A stretch of 64,000 bases of DNA from NCBI GenBank assembly GCA_030390025.1, contig CM059432.1, forward strand, positions 69,442,001-69,506,000, written 5' to 3'. This DNA comes from Squalus acanthias. Its lineage: Eukaryota. Of the stretch, positions 39,643-52,254 are shown piece after piece (position 1 is the first letter of the stretch; each line of letters begins with the position of its first letter). The notes below the pieces were generated by a model. That model was not told the DNA's origin. It did no database searches and saw only the letters and a list, made by a program, of their open reading frames with translations. The translations under genes and the position numbers were made by a program.

Positions 39643-41036
39643 CTGTGAATGCAGTGAATGTTAATTCATTCACAGAATCCAGGTGGGTAGATTGAGTTGG
39701 TCGGGAAGAAAGTTGGTTAGGTTAGCCCCCAGTGGATGCGCTAGGCAGGAACATCGGGGAGAGAGGTGGAGGGAACAGTTGCTCGTAAGGAGGCTACAGA
39801 GAATACTAAGAGAGGAACAGAGGGCAGGTGTGGGCTTGTTCAAGGGGTCTCAAGCCTGGTACGGTGACAAGAAAAAAGGAAGGCTGAGGAGTAGTGAAGG
39901 GTTCGTGATGCCTGTGTTGTTGGGGGAGCACTCCTACTCCTCCTGGCTCCAGACAAAGGGTTTGAAAAAAAATGTTTTTTTAACTTGCCTTTAGCTGGCA
40001 GCTGTGGGGGCTGCTGAAGAATCTTGAGCAGGGCAGGCCCGATGCCTGCCTAATTTTGTGAAGGGGCCATTCAACAGGACCGGGACACCTTACAAAATGG
40101 ACCCCATGAATTTAGCAGTGGGGAACAATGCCTGTGCAAATTTATGCGCAGGCCGTCCCACTGCTAATTAGGTATGCTTTGTGCTTGTTTTACACCCGAA
40201 AAATGGGCGCAACGCATGCCAATTTCTACGCCAGATTACTAACCAGCTTTTAAGGGGAATAAATGTGATAGCTGGGAGGTTATGAAACTCAGGGACCAAG
40301 AGTAGCATTGATAGTGGAGCCAGGATATGGTGAAAGATAAATCCAAAGGATCAGCGCCACAGAACAAAACATTAGAATATTTGGTCATCACCAGAGCTCG
40401 TTATTCTGTGAAATGCCCAAACAGAAAGCTCCAGCTTTCATTATAATTTTATAAAATCTTCCCCTCTTTCATTAATCAAATACAATTATTTATAAACCAA
40501 ATTGTGCAATATCGAACTATACAATACTTAGTAAGATATTTCAACATACTGACCATTTCATTTTACAACTATGCATGGAACATTATTGAATTCTTGGGCT
40601 GAAATATTGAACGTGACAAACTTGAAAACAGTCATATTTCAATAGGCGCTACTGTTGCCTAATATAGCAGCAAGTCACCTTCAGTGAGTGGTGTAGTAGC
40701 CTGCAGAATATGACACTGTTGACAATTGTATAGTCTTGTTACGTGTCATATCTGTAGGTGGTATTCTTTTGCAAGATTCTTATTTTAAATGCCATTTTAA
40801 TAATTCAAAATTGCTGTTTGCTGGTAATAGTTCTTATATTATGTGGCCTCTTATCAGTTTTGGACTTAAGGTAGTGTAAGACAAATAGCAGTCACCTGCA
40901 AAAACATTTGACCCAAAATGTTTGTACTGTTACATAATCAATATGCAATACTGAAGTAGAATCTCTTATTATAGGAAATGTTTGACCTGTGGATTTTTAT
41001 TTTATTACTGTATTAGAGTGCATCGATTAGTGGAAA

Positions 41037-41682
41037 ATGGATGAGCAACAATCTTCACATCATTCACTTGAACAGGCCCAGATCTCTCAAACTGAGAAGC
41101 CTACTGCTGCACATCAATTCCAAGTTCCAAGTTCTGTTACATCAAAAAAGATTTACTTTTATAAAAGTGGAGACCCACAGTTTTCTGGGATTAGGGTGGC
41201 TGTCAACAGTCGCACATTTAAGACATTTAATTCCTTATTAGATGATTTGTCTAATAAGATTCCATTGCCATTTGGGGTACGAACAATTACCACACCTCGT
41301 GGTAGCAATAGTGTGACTAGTCTTTCAGATCTTAAAGATGGACAATCTTACATTTGCTCTGACCAACGGAAAGTGAAGCCTATTAACCTTGAGCTAGCTA
41401 ACCGGAAACAAAATCCCTGGTTTATTAGCAAGCCATTTAATCCTGAACAACTTGTCTCACAACAGACCAGACAGAAAGTCTCCAGGTCACTTTACGAGGA
41501 CCTATCACAATCCACAGGAGTTCCAAAGAAGCTTGTTGTCTTCAGAAATGGTGAACCTAGTTTCAAACGTAATTTAATTTTGAACAGGAACACAATGCAG
41601 AGCTTTGATGTACTACTGAATTATATTACTGAGTTGATGCAGTTTCCTGTAATAAAGCTGTACAGCAAAGATGGGAAAAAGG
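41037..41682 (+). CDS. RP1: RP1 first coding exon (DCX domain 1 and most of DCX domain 2)
   Basis: KKIYFYKSGDPQFSGIRVAVNSRTFKTFNSLLDDLSNKIPLPFGVRTITTPRG...PW...KKLVVFRNGEP...KLYSKDG is the RP1 tandem doublecortin signature. Acceptor tattag at ~41016, ATG at 41037, donor GTAAGT at 41683. Confidence 0.92.
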
Positions 41683-43429
41683 GTAAGTAAATTCTTTATA
41701 TTGATAAGATCTGTAAAGTAATCTGTGCACAGTTTGTAATACACAATTTTGGTGCTTTAGGAGTTTGTGGGAAACTCAAAAGCTGCAGAGACTGATGTGT
41801 AGTAACAACCAACACTTATCCCAGTCATAAAAGAAAAGGAAATATTCTATTTAGCAATACATATAATTACTGAACTTCTTACTGAACCAATAAGTTAACC
41901 TCAAACACCATCATATGAGAATATAATTTCTACAGTTCCACCATATTACAAACATGAAAAAGTGGGACAAGAAAAAATGATTGACTGGTCCATCTAGCCA
42001 ATCCCATCCTGACATAGTGCAGCCCATGTGCACCATCAACCACACCCAAGTACTGCAACCTCCTGAGAAAGGCAAAAATAGATTAAAACCTTCGGCTAAT
42101 TTAGGAAAAAGTGTATTCAGTGGATATTCTTATTCCTACCATTCATGGATTAATATTTAATTTCATCTGCACAATTTGTCAAGTAAAGTAACATTCAGGT
42201 ATGCATTTTCAATTCATCAAAAGGCATACATTAGCGAAGTGTTTCCCGAAAGTAGAGATGGACTACTGTTTCACAAATAAATGTTAATAAAATTATATTT
42301 GATCAGAAAATTTACTTGGCAATTTACTATTCTCTGAGAACCACATGATCCATTCATTTTTTTTAAAGATGGGATGGGTATGCCTGAATGTTGTATCAAT
42401 ATAAACAAGGTCTGGATCAGTTTATACAATTTATAAAACTTATAAATTAATTACAGCAGAACAAGTTAAAATAAGTGGTTTTATTGAATTTTATTTCATT
42501 TTATTTTGAGAGACTAAGTTTAAAAAAATAAAGATCTAGTTGATTGTAAAGTGTAAGGGAGTTACATTGAATTCAACAATGCACTGTTGCTTTAGATACA
42601 TTTCAGTTATTTAATGTACAGCTTCTTTGATTTCAAGTATATTTTTGCTATGCAAAGGACAAAATATCTGCGGTTTTATTTTAAATCACTTAGATGAGCT
42701 AATAATGACAAAATAGTTCTGCTTTTAATTTTTTTAAATAAAGTTTTGTAATAATAGTGGTAACATAATATGACAATGTTAAAGAACAGAGATGAGGGCT
42801 GGGGAGAACTGCTCTGGTCACCATAGGTAGCAAAATCATAGCTTGACCACATTAAACTTTACAGTATTGCTAGACATAGCGACCAGAGCAATTCTTCCCC
42901 ATGATTAGCAATATCCTAATGATTTGAGCCTGTACACAACCAACCACAGTGTGATAATTAAAGAGTCTGACCTTTAACTCTAAACCATAGATGATCAGCA
43001 TTAAGATGATAATCAGTATTTACATATTCATAATATTTGCAATACTTTCACCTCAAAGGCTATTGTAAATCTGTGTACTTTGTACTTAAGACTATTTGAA
43101 GTTGATGGGCCCAGGTAAATGTTAACTTGGATCTAATTATTCTGTTGTACTTACGATTATTACTGTACTTTGAAACTGTTATTATACTGCATGTTTGGTA
43201 TGAAAGACAGCAAGTTATTAACTGGAAAATAATGCTGATGACAGCAGATTACCTTGGATCATATCTGAATAAGGAATTTAAGAAATACTGCAGGGTAAAG
43301 ATCCCACAATTGCTTTATCCAAAGCGTATTTGTTAGTATCGATAGTACTTTTTGACATGCAATAGCATAAATAGAACTGTATGCTTGGGAGTAGTAGGAT
43401 ATGGACATAATGCATCTTATGTGACTTAG

Positions 43430-44908
43430 CATAGAAGATAGGAGCAGGAGTAGGCCATTCGGCCCTTCAAGCCTGCTCCGCCATTCAATGAGATCATGGC
43501 TGATCATCCAGATTCAGTACCCTGTCCCTGCTTTCTACCCATATCCCTTGATCCCTTTAGCCTTAAGAACAATATCTAACTCCTTCTTGAATATATTTAA
43601 TGATTTGGCCTCAACTGCCTTCTGTGGTAGAGAATTCCACAGGTTCACCATTCTCTGGGTGAAGAAATTCCTCCTCATCTCAGTCCTAAATGGCTTACCC
43701 CTTTATCCTTAGACTGTGACCCCCTGGTTCTGGACTCCCCCGCCATCGGGAACATCCTTCCTGCATCTAGTCTGTCTAGTCCTGTTAGAATTTTATAAGT
43801 TTCAATGAGATCCCCTCTCATTCTTCTAAACTCTAGCGAGTATAAGCCTAATCGACCCAATCTCTCTCCATACGCCATCCCAGGTATCAGTCTGGTGAAT
43901 CTTCGCTGCACTCCCTCCATGGCGAGAACATCCTTCCTCAGATAAGGCGCCCAAAACTGCACACAATACTCAAGGTGTGGTCTCACCAAGGCCCTGTACA
44001 ACTGCAACAACACATCCCTGCTCCTGTACTCTAATCCTCTCGCTATGAAGGCCAGCATATCATTTGCCTTCTTAACCGCCTGCTGCACCTGCATGCTTAC
44101 CTTCAGCGACTCGTGCACAAGGACACCCAGGTCTCGTTGCACCTTCCCTTTTCCCAATCTATTGCCGTTCAGGTAATAATCTGCCTTCCTGTTTTTGCCA
44201 CCAAAGTGGATAACCTCACATTTATCCACATTATACTGCATCTGCCATGCATTTGCCCACTCACCCAACCTGTCCAGATCATACTGGAGTTTCTCTGCAT
44301 CCTCCTCACAGCACACTCGCCCACCCAGCTTTGTGTTGTCTGCAAACTTGGAGATATTACATCTAGTTCCCTCGTCTAAATCATTAATATATATTGTGAA
44401 TAGCTGGGGTCCTAGCACCGATCCCTGCGGTACCCCACTAGTCACTGCCTGCCACTCGGAAAAAGACCCGTTTATTCCAACTCTTTGCTTCCTGTCTGCC
44501 AACCAGTTCTCTATCCAAGTCAGTACCTTACCCCCAATCCCATGTGCTTTAACTTTGCACGCTAATCTCTTATGCAGGACCTTGTTGAAAACCTTCTGAA
44601 AGTCCAAATACACCACATCCACTGGTTCTCCCTTATTAATTCTACCAGTTACATCCTCAAAAAATTCCAGTAGATTTGTCAAGCATGATTTACCTTTTGT
44701 AAATCCATGTTGACTTTGTCTGATCCTGTCACTGTTTTCCAAATGCTCTGCTATTACATCTTTTATAATGGACTCTAGCAAATCCCCACTACCGATGTCA
44801 GGCTAACCGGCCTATAATTCCCCGTTTTCTCTCTACCACCTTTTTTAAATAGTGGGGTTACATTAGCTACCCTCCAATCCATGGGAACTGTTCCAGAGTC
44901 TATAGAAT
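43430..44908 (-). mobile_element. CR1 LINE, 5'-truncated, with an open 368-aa RT segment
   Basis: ORFs 43675-44781 and 44775-44966. CR1 tail at ~43430-43510. Confidence 0.95.
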
Positions 44909-45374
44909 TGGCAGCGTACAAGTCTTTTATTCTTTGTGCCCATGGAACACATATTCCTAACATCATTTAGTGGATTATTTTCCTACTGATAAGTCTTTAA
45001 GAGCTTCACACAGGATGTTCAGTCAAATATGTAATTATTGCAGATTTTGGAGGCATTTATCTAGATTAGGCAAATTAATGCATTTTGTCAGTTCATTCCT
45101 TGGAAAATAGTAGCTTGATTACTTCAGTAATAAACCACAATGGTCTACCTGCAAAAAAATATATCAATCTGGAAATAGTGGAAACAGGATTTGTTAGTCA
45201 TTCATAATGTCACAGAGAGTACTAGATAAATGTGAGGTATCTAATTAAGGATTTGGATGATATCATCAACTGTGACGGGGAGGTGGATCATTGAAAACCT
45301 GAGATGGGATTAGATTCTTCAAATCACTCCATCTGATTTCAGTGGAGCAGTAGGAGTGAAGCTAAGCATTGTCA

Positions 45375-46268
45375 CTTTTTTTTATTTATTAGTTTCTGGG
45401 ATGTGAGCGTCGCTGGCAAGGCCAGCATTTATTGCTCATCCCTAATTGCCTTTGAGAAGGTGGTGGTGAGCCGCCTTCTTGAACTGTTGCAGTCCGTGCG
45501 GTGAAGGTACTCCCACAGTGCTGTTACGTAGGGAGTTCCAGGATTTTGACCCAGCGACAATGAAAGAACGACGATATACTTCTAAGTCAGGATGGTGTGT
45601 GACTTGGAGGGGAACTTCCAGTTGGAAGCTTTGGTGAGTTGCTTCAGTGCATCTTGTAGATGGTACACACTGTATTCACAGTGTGCCGGTGCTGGAGAGA
45701 GTGAATGTTTAAGGTGGTGGATAAGGTACCAGTCAAGCGGGCTGCTTTGTCCTGTATGGTGTCAAGCTTCTTGAGTGTTGTTGGAGCTGCACTCATTCAG
45801 GCAAGTGGAGAGTATTCCATCACACTCCTGACTTGTGCCTTGTAGATGGTGGAAAGGCTTTGGGGAATTAGGAGGTGAGACACTCCCCACTGGTCCAGTT
45901 AAGTTTCTGGTCAGTGGTGACCCCCAGGATGTTGATGGTGGGGGACTCGGCGATGATAATGCTGTTGAATGTCAAGGGGTGGTGGTTAGACTCTCTCTCT
46001 TGTTGGAGATAGTCATTGACTGGCACTTGTATGGCGCAAATGTTACTTGCCACTTATCAGCCCAAGCCTGAATGTGATCCAGGTCTTGCTGCATGTGGGC
46101 ATGGATTGCTTCATTATCTGAGGAGTTGCGAATGGCGCTGAACACTGTGCAGTCATCAGCGAACATCCCCATTTCTGACCTTATGATGGAGGGAAGGTCA
46201 TTGATGAAGCAGCTGAAGATGGTTGGGCCTAGGACACTGCCCTGAAGAACTCCTGCAGCGATGTCCTA
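45375..46268 (-). mobile_element. LINE family B 3' part with deletions
   Basis: ORF 45972-46172 (GMFADDCTVFSAIRNSSDNEA). 3' UTR and poly-T at ~45376-45560. Confidence 0.85.
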
Positions 46269-46629
46269 CTACAGGTTTGTCAAAAAGAACATTTTTGGTT
46301 GATTATCAGGAAATAGGATAAAAAGTCTATGTAAAAATGCATTTATTAATAATCATGATTGGAGTATTTTTAGTTATGTAATTCTGACAGCAAAAATTAG
46401 ATTAACCTTTGATTTTCTGCAGAAATACTATAGGGAGGTTTTTTCTCCACTTTACCTCCTGAGGTGAGCAAAGCAGAGGCTAAATTCCAGCATGCGAGTA
46501 GCTTTCTTCCGGTTTTGCGATTCTCTGGTCAGGTGCAAGCTGTTCCAATAAAGAAACAGTTGCCAGGTATAAGTATGCTGCTAAGGAGGTGGTCTGAGGT
46601 CTATGTGCCTTGTTGCAGGAGGACATCCG

Positions 46630-47165
46630 TCAGTCACCAAGTAACTGATGCCCTTTTCCAAAGTACCAACACCTACATCAAGTTGCTCATGGAGCCCAAT
46701 AAGCAACGAACCCTAGCTTCTAGGCTTTTTAAGCACAGCAGGTTTCTCAAAGTGCAAGGAGTTACAGATGGGACACATAGCCTTTTGTGCTGCTTCTGAT
46801 CCCCTAAGTGAATGGCAAGAGCTATCATTCCTTAATTGTTAAGCTGGTGTACGACTAACTGCACTGTATCATGTAAGTGACAGCCATATTCCCAGGCAGC
46901 TATCGTGATACATTTATTCTAGATCATTTTACCACACCACTGATCTGCTGCTGAATTGGTGGTTGACCCCTCTTTGACATCCCGACGCACCAGCTGAGGG
47001 CAGACATGGAGAGCCCATGCCTCCACCAAGGCAAGAATAGAAAACACCATTGGCATTCTCGAGTAGTGCTTCTGGTGCTTTGACAGGTCAGAGGGTATCC
47101 TGCATTACCAACTTGCCAGAGTATTCCAAATTGCTGTGGTTTGCTGCATGCTCCATAACATAATT
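46630..47165 (+). pseudogene. HARBI1-like DDE transposase remnant
   Basis: QVTDALF...YIK...KVQGVTDGTH (ORF 46464-46799), then YHSLIVKLVYD*...FPGSYRDTFIL and HASTKARIENTIGILE*CFWCFDRSEGILHY...IAVVCCMLHN. These match HARBI1 motifs in order. Confidence 0.8.
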
Positions 47166-47859
47166 ATAGAAAGAGGAATCCACTTGGAGAGCTCCAACAG
47201 GAGCCCAGAGAAGATCAGCTTGAGCACAAGGCTTGGGAGGCAGAAGAAGCAGAGGAAGCTGCACGTACCTTGATTCAAGAAACATTTACATGAACACACC
47301 AAGAAACCTCACCTCACCACTCCAAGCAATGTCTTCTGCTGCCAGAAATGATAATCCCCAAGATTTATTAAGAACACTCTACTGCTCTTCCATTATCACC
47401 ATTCCTCTTCTATGCAAATTTCTTGATCATAGATTCCCAAATGAACCTCTCCAAATGCAACAACTGTTGTGCTCAAAATCATTTATTTCTCAAAATGTGA
47501 AGTGTCTCTGTATCTAGTTCTTGCTACCATGCTGTGTCCTCTTCCTATCAGTTGATGTAAGTTGTGATCCGCTACATATTCTGCTGCTTCTTCACAGTGA
47601 AATCTCTGTGACTGGAGCCCAGCTGTGTTGGGATTGAAGTGTCTCTTCATCTGTTTTATCATGAGCCTGCTTTAGGCTGTTTTTGTTGGGGCAATGTGGC
47701 CTTGATTGCTTTCTGGTTCCTGGGAAGTCATGGGGAATGTGGGGAGAGTCAGACTGCTGTAGATGTATTGTCATTGGGAAAGACAGCAACATGTTTCCTT
47801 ATTAGCACCAGCGGGCTCATGCTGCAAGTCGCCATATTACTAAACCTGCTTTTTAAAAA

Positions 47860-48150
47860 TTCATTTTCGAGATTTGGGTGCTGCTAACAAGACCAACATT
47901 TATTGCCCATTCCTAGTTGCCCTTGAGAAGGTGGTGGTGAGCTTTCTTCTTGAACTGCTGCAATTCATGTGGTGAAGGTGCTCCCACAGTGCTGTTAGAA
48001 ACAGAGTTCCAAGATTTTGACCCAGCAACGATGAAGGAATAGTGATATATGTCCTGGTTGGGATGATGTGTGACTTAAAGGGGAGCTTGGAGGTGATGGT
48101 GTTCCCATGCTCCTGCTGCCCTTATCTTTCTAGGTGGTGGAGGTCGCTGA
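47860..48150 (-). mobile_element. Old LINE family B 3' end
   Basis: Inverse of the family-B 3' UTR (catttattgcccattcctagttgcccttgagaaggtggtggtgagc). Confidence 0.75.
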
Positions 48151-48169
48151 TCACACCCCATTGCACTAA

Positions 48170-48545
48170 TGACATCACGGAAGCCCATACAGGCAGAAAC
48201 CCTCATCACATTTAAAACGTACTTGGATATACACTTGAAGTGCCGTAACCTGCGAGGCTACAGACCAAGAGCAGGAAAGCAGGGATTAGGCTGGATAGCT
48301 CTTTTTCGGCCAGCACAGACACGATGGGCCGAATGGCTTCCTTCTCAGTGTTCCCTGAAAGCTGAGCGGCTGCACACCGATCCAGGGAACCCGTGCAGCC
48401 GGCTTGCTGGCATTTCAATGTAAAAACCGCCCATGTGCGGTATTTTGAATGGTCCGCGCAGTCCCTTAAAGGGACCGCGCAGGGCCAATTTTTTTTTAAA
48501 CAGGGTACATAGCTCCTTCTGTGTCGTAAATTTCTATGATTCTAT
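48170..48545 (+). mobile_element. CR1 3' end interrupted by a hAT MITE
   Basis: cggccagcacagacacgatgggccgaatggc...ttctgtgtcgtaaatttctatgattcta tail. Confidence 0.75.
48346..48512. mobile_element. 167-bp hAT-type MITE
   Basis: TIRs cagtgttccctg / cagggtacatag and an 8-bp duplication ttccttct (48338-48345) / ctccttct (48513-48520). Confidence 0.75.
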
Positions 48546-49299
48546 CTCTTCTTTCATTTAGTCAACAACAACAACTTGAGTCAAGCTTATCAGCTATCCT
48601 GCTCAATAAGGAGATGTGATTGAACCCCAGACCTGTGTGGCAGTAGTCTTGAGAGATGCAAAGACTGACATAATGTCCTCTGCCGTAATAGGTTCTGCTG
48701 TAAATGGCCCTGGAGCTGCCACTTGTTCCAAGGCTGCCGCTTGCTTTTGATGTCTTTCCTCAAAAAGTACTTCACAAAAGTGGGTGATGGAATCCAGCAC
48801 TCTAGCTGCCATGTGTTGGAAGCTGCTAAGCACACAATCCAATGGTGCCAACAATTTCTAGTGCTTAGAAAGCATTCTTCTTTTAAAAGCTGTTCCAAAG
48901 GGATCAGGATCTCTGGCCTCACCAGCTACAGAAGGAACTGACTTCACTTCCTGCTCTGCTTTCAACACCTCCACCTGCTCCTGTTCATTTATATGCAGCC
49001 CTCCATTTGACTATCTTATTCCCCTGGGTGGATGGTTCTGTGCTGGTGCTCACCAGACTGAGTTTGAATGACAAGGTGCTGGTTGATGTACCAGGTGACT
49101 TCTTGTGCGAGGACTGCAGTTATTTCTGCCATACTGGGGATTGAGACAGAATGAAGAAAATTCGGTGAAATCCTCAGAACGACTTATTGGAGAGCTGCCT
49201 ATGCTAAGCAGCTGGTATGATGCTGTTAATGTGTGTCAGCTTGTGTATCAGTGCTTGTGGGCATATTTAGGATGTAGTGTGAGGGAAAGCGCATTGTAA

Positions 49300-49995
49300 T
49301 TCAAATCCTGAGCTAAGGCCAAGCCTCTTGCCTTCCCATTTCCTATCTCCTGCTGCATGTCCTGGTCCTGAATCTGCAGGACCCACTCCCCAAATAGGTT
49401 TAGGTCAAGGAGTTGAGCTGTTCGTCCTCCAGTTGCGGAACTTCTCTTTTGTGTTTTGCATTGCTTTCTCCTACGAAGAAGAAGGATAGATAAGATGTCA
49501 ATGTCTGCAGGGATAGTACCTTCCCCCATGTGTGAAGGTGCACTCAATGGGCTTTGTGAAGACAGAAATATGCAGATACAGATCAAGGAAAGACTTATCA
49601 GTGGGTTGTTCTGGATATGCTTGCACAGAAGGAAAGTGGTGCGGACTAAGAAAATGGTGGCAAGTGCACCGTAGAGCCTCGTGGGCAAGGCAGAGAGAAA
49701 ATGAAGGAATGTGTTGGTGGGTGGTGAGAGATCATGCTGGCAGTATGCATAAATAAGAGGTAAAATGGTATCCACCTACCTTGCTCCTCCTGGTGAGGTT
49801 TTTGAATTTCTTTCGAGACTGCAGCTACACTTTCTGAGCATTGGGGCTGGCATTCGGCATGTCAGCCACCTTCTGCCAAGATATTTGGCTACACTTTTGA
49901 TAATTTTTCAGCCATGGTGAGGGAAATTATTGTTCTCTCCTCTGCTCCACTTCCTGCAGCAAGATCTTTCTGGCATCTTCCTTGGAGCAGGAGGC
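49300..49995 (-). pseudogene. Harbinger Myb/SANT gene remnant (exons ~49995-49779 and ~49470-49300)
   Basis: Manual translation ILLQEVEQRREQ*FP...SWQKVAD...LQSRKKFKNLTRRSK|gtaggt. The second exon reads SATGGRTAQLLDLNLFGEWVLQI. Same intron position as the gene at 14376. Confidence 0.75.
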
Positions 49996-51489
49996 CCTGC
50001 TTCCCCCTCCCAGTACCAGCAGACATTTCCCAGGAAAAGAAAAACACTTACAAATTTTAGGCATCTAAAGCCAAAAGATATAAACTATAAATGAAGACAT
50101 AGCAGGAAAAATGCCTCATGGGCAAGGTAGAGGGAATGCAAGCCTTGTAAGAATGAGCATCTGCCCACCTCAAAACACCCCATCATCATAAGGGAGTGAG
50201 GCCAAGGGTGAGGACTCACTCCTGTATCCTAGGGCCTCAAAAGGTATGATTGGTGGAAGTATGCCTAGTCAGATTAGATATACCTCCCTAACAACTGGTG
50301 GTTTTAGGGTGACATGGGGGTCCAAACCGGGATTGTGGTTTGGATCCCTGAAGAAAGATGGAATATTTTTAATTAAAATTTTTAAAGTGGCCCATTTGTT
50401 GGGGGTACCTCTGTTGTTTCTGAGGGGCCCCAACATCTCCCCACCCCAAATCTAGGCACTTCCTCCAGACTTTCCAGCATGTTTATAATGGCGGGTGCCC
50501 TAGATGCACCCGTATTTGTGTGGGCACCTGCAATTTGCAGGTAAATTAAGGGTCCTTTGGTGGGTTGAACAATTGCGGTCCCAGACAGATGCTTCTCTGT
50601 ACTTATGCTGGTATATGCTCCCTCCTCTACGATTTTCAGGGCCAGTGTCTTTAAGCCATGCGCGCCTTTAACCAGTACCTCCTCTCAATTGTGGGTGTGA
50701 ATCCAAGGACAGAATGCAGTGTATGTCTGGTGTATGCCCACTGGATGCAAAACCTTTGAACACGGAAATGGAGGAGGGTTCAGGTGCACCCTGACAGAGC
50801 GCACTTCCGGTGATATCCATATGCCGTGCACCTGGCTGCAACAGCCCCAGTGAAATCAGCCCTTAAAACTTTTCCTTTCAGTAACAGTTTTAAGTCCTCT
50901 GCTCTTTAAGAATTTAAAAGTTAAGCAAGCAGTAATGAATATGATCAAAAATATTCTAAGCATCATTTAATAGAAATATTAACAATCTTATGCCATTTTT
51001 ATGAAGTCAGTTCAGCAATTACAAGCAGCCTCTGCCACTCCTGAGTTTTCTGAAGGATATTTAATTAATTTATTCCCATGCATACTCAATTCCCGACTCA
51101 ATCCCCCTCTCCAAGGCCACATTTAATTTGTTACTTTATGAAAAACCCACATTTCCTGAATAAATTAGTTCTTTAACGAGCTTAGTAAATTCCACTCCCG
51201 ACATGGACACAAGAAACAAGAAAGCCGAATGAATTTTAATCTGATTCATCCCAATTTTTCTTTCTCTAAAGCATTTACTTTGCATGAAGCTCACTTTAAT
51301 TAATTTATTTACTGCTAGAGTTTATTTTCGATTTGAACTATTGTCATTCAGATCCAATTCTTCAAAGCTGTTTTTAATTTAATACTTTGCAGAATTTATT
51401 TAATCAATTTATTGCCATGTATATCTGATTTCCCCAACTAATTCCTCTTTCTCTAAGCCACTTTTAATAAATTATTTAGCAAGAACCTT

Positions 51490-52211
51490 GGCCCAAAAAT
51501 TTGTGTTGATACGCGAGAGTACGCACTGTGTACTCTCGCGTATTCTGTCTCCAATTGCCGGTTTTCTGCATGCACTGCGCATGCGCTGAAAACCGGCACT
51601 TGGTGAATGGAAAAGGGGGCGGTTCCTAGGTGAACCGCGTGCACGCTACAGGCTGCGCGCACGCTGTGCACTTAGTGGTTTCAACGCGCAGGTAAGTATG
51701 GAAGATTTTACACATTAAAAAAAGGAGGAGTAAGACCCACTTTTAACAAGGTAAGTAGTGAATTAAGTATTATTTTGAATTTTTTTTAACAGGTATATCT
51801 TTTTTAGAGACTTTAAAGACAGGTAAGTTTATTTTTATAACTTTTTAAAAGATTTTAAATTTTTTCAAAAATTAAATTTTTTTATTTAAAATGGTTAATT
51901 TATTTAACTATACTTATTTTATTAATGTGATGGTTTTTTTTAAAATTTAATTGAGGTTTAGCTGTTCTTTTGGGGGGCTATAGCTGTGAAAGTTATGAAT
52001 GGAAGATGGTGTGCTGCCATTGGCTATAACTGAGTCACGTGATCCCACAGCTCGCACGAATTAACTACGCCGGTGGGATACGGAAGCCCTGCACAGCAGC
52101 TGTCCAGAACATCAAGTTCGTGCGAGCTGGAACTGAAAAAGCCAACGCGCAGTGAGAGATCGCGGGGAAGCCTTACCCTCGCACGAAGGCTTCCTCACGA
52201 ATTTTTGGGCC
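51490..52211. mobile_element. 722-bp Harbinger-type MITE with multiple internal hairpins
   Basis: TIRs ggcccaaaaatttgtg / cacgaatttttgggcc (1 mismatch in 16). Exact ctt duplication at 51487-51489 and 52212-52214. Confidence 0.85.
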
Positions 52212-52254
52212 CTTGACTTTATTTAATTATTTTATTGATTGCAAAATGTTATGT

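Larger units (their letters stand above)
28405..39960 (-). mobile_element. Old L2 LINE broken into pieces (~28405-28460, 33900-34460, 35500-36055, 38530-39186, 39650-39960)
   Basis: ORF fragments LQLIQNAAAHIL (33832-34110) and DMQSWMSCNFLQLNSGKIEAI (34208-34549). The sequence across the 28460/33900 junction matches the L2 at ~23905-23945. Confidence 0.65.
46430..50840. mobile_element. Decayed autonomous-type Harbinger element: transposase (+) and Myb/SANT gene (-) in convergent orientation
   Basis: Supported by the two remnants listed next. The boundaries are approximate and the TIRs are weak. Confidence 0.6.

Noticed and set aside
41037..41690. RP1L1 or DCX/DCLK as an alternative call; also a stand-alone 217-aa protein
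   Set aside because: The linker (RKVKPINLE...PW) and the 172-bp downstream exon fit RP1 better. The stop at 41688 lies just inside the intron.
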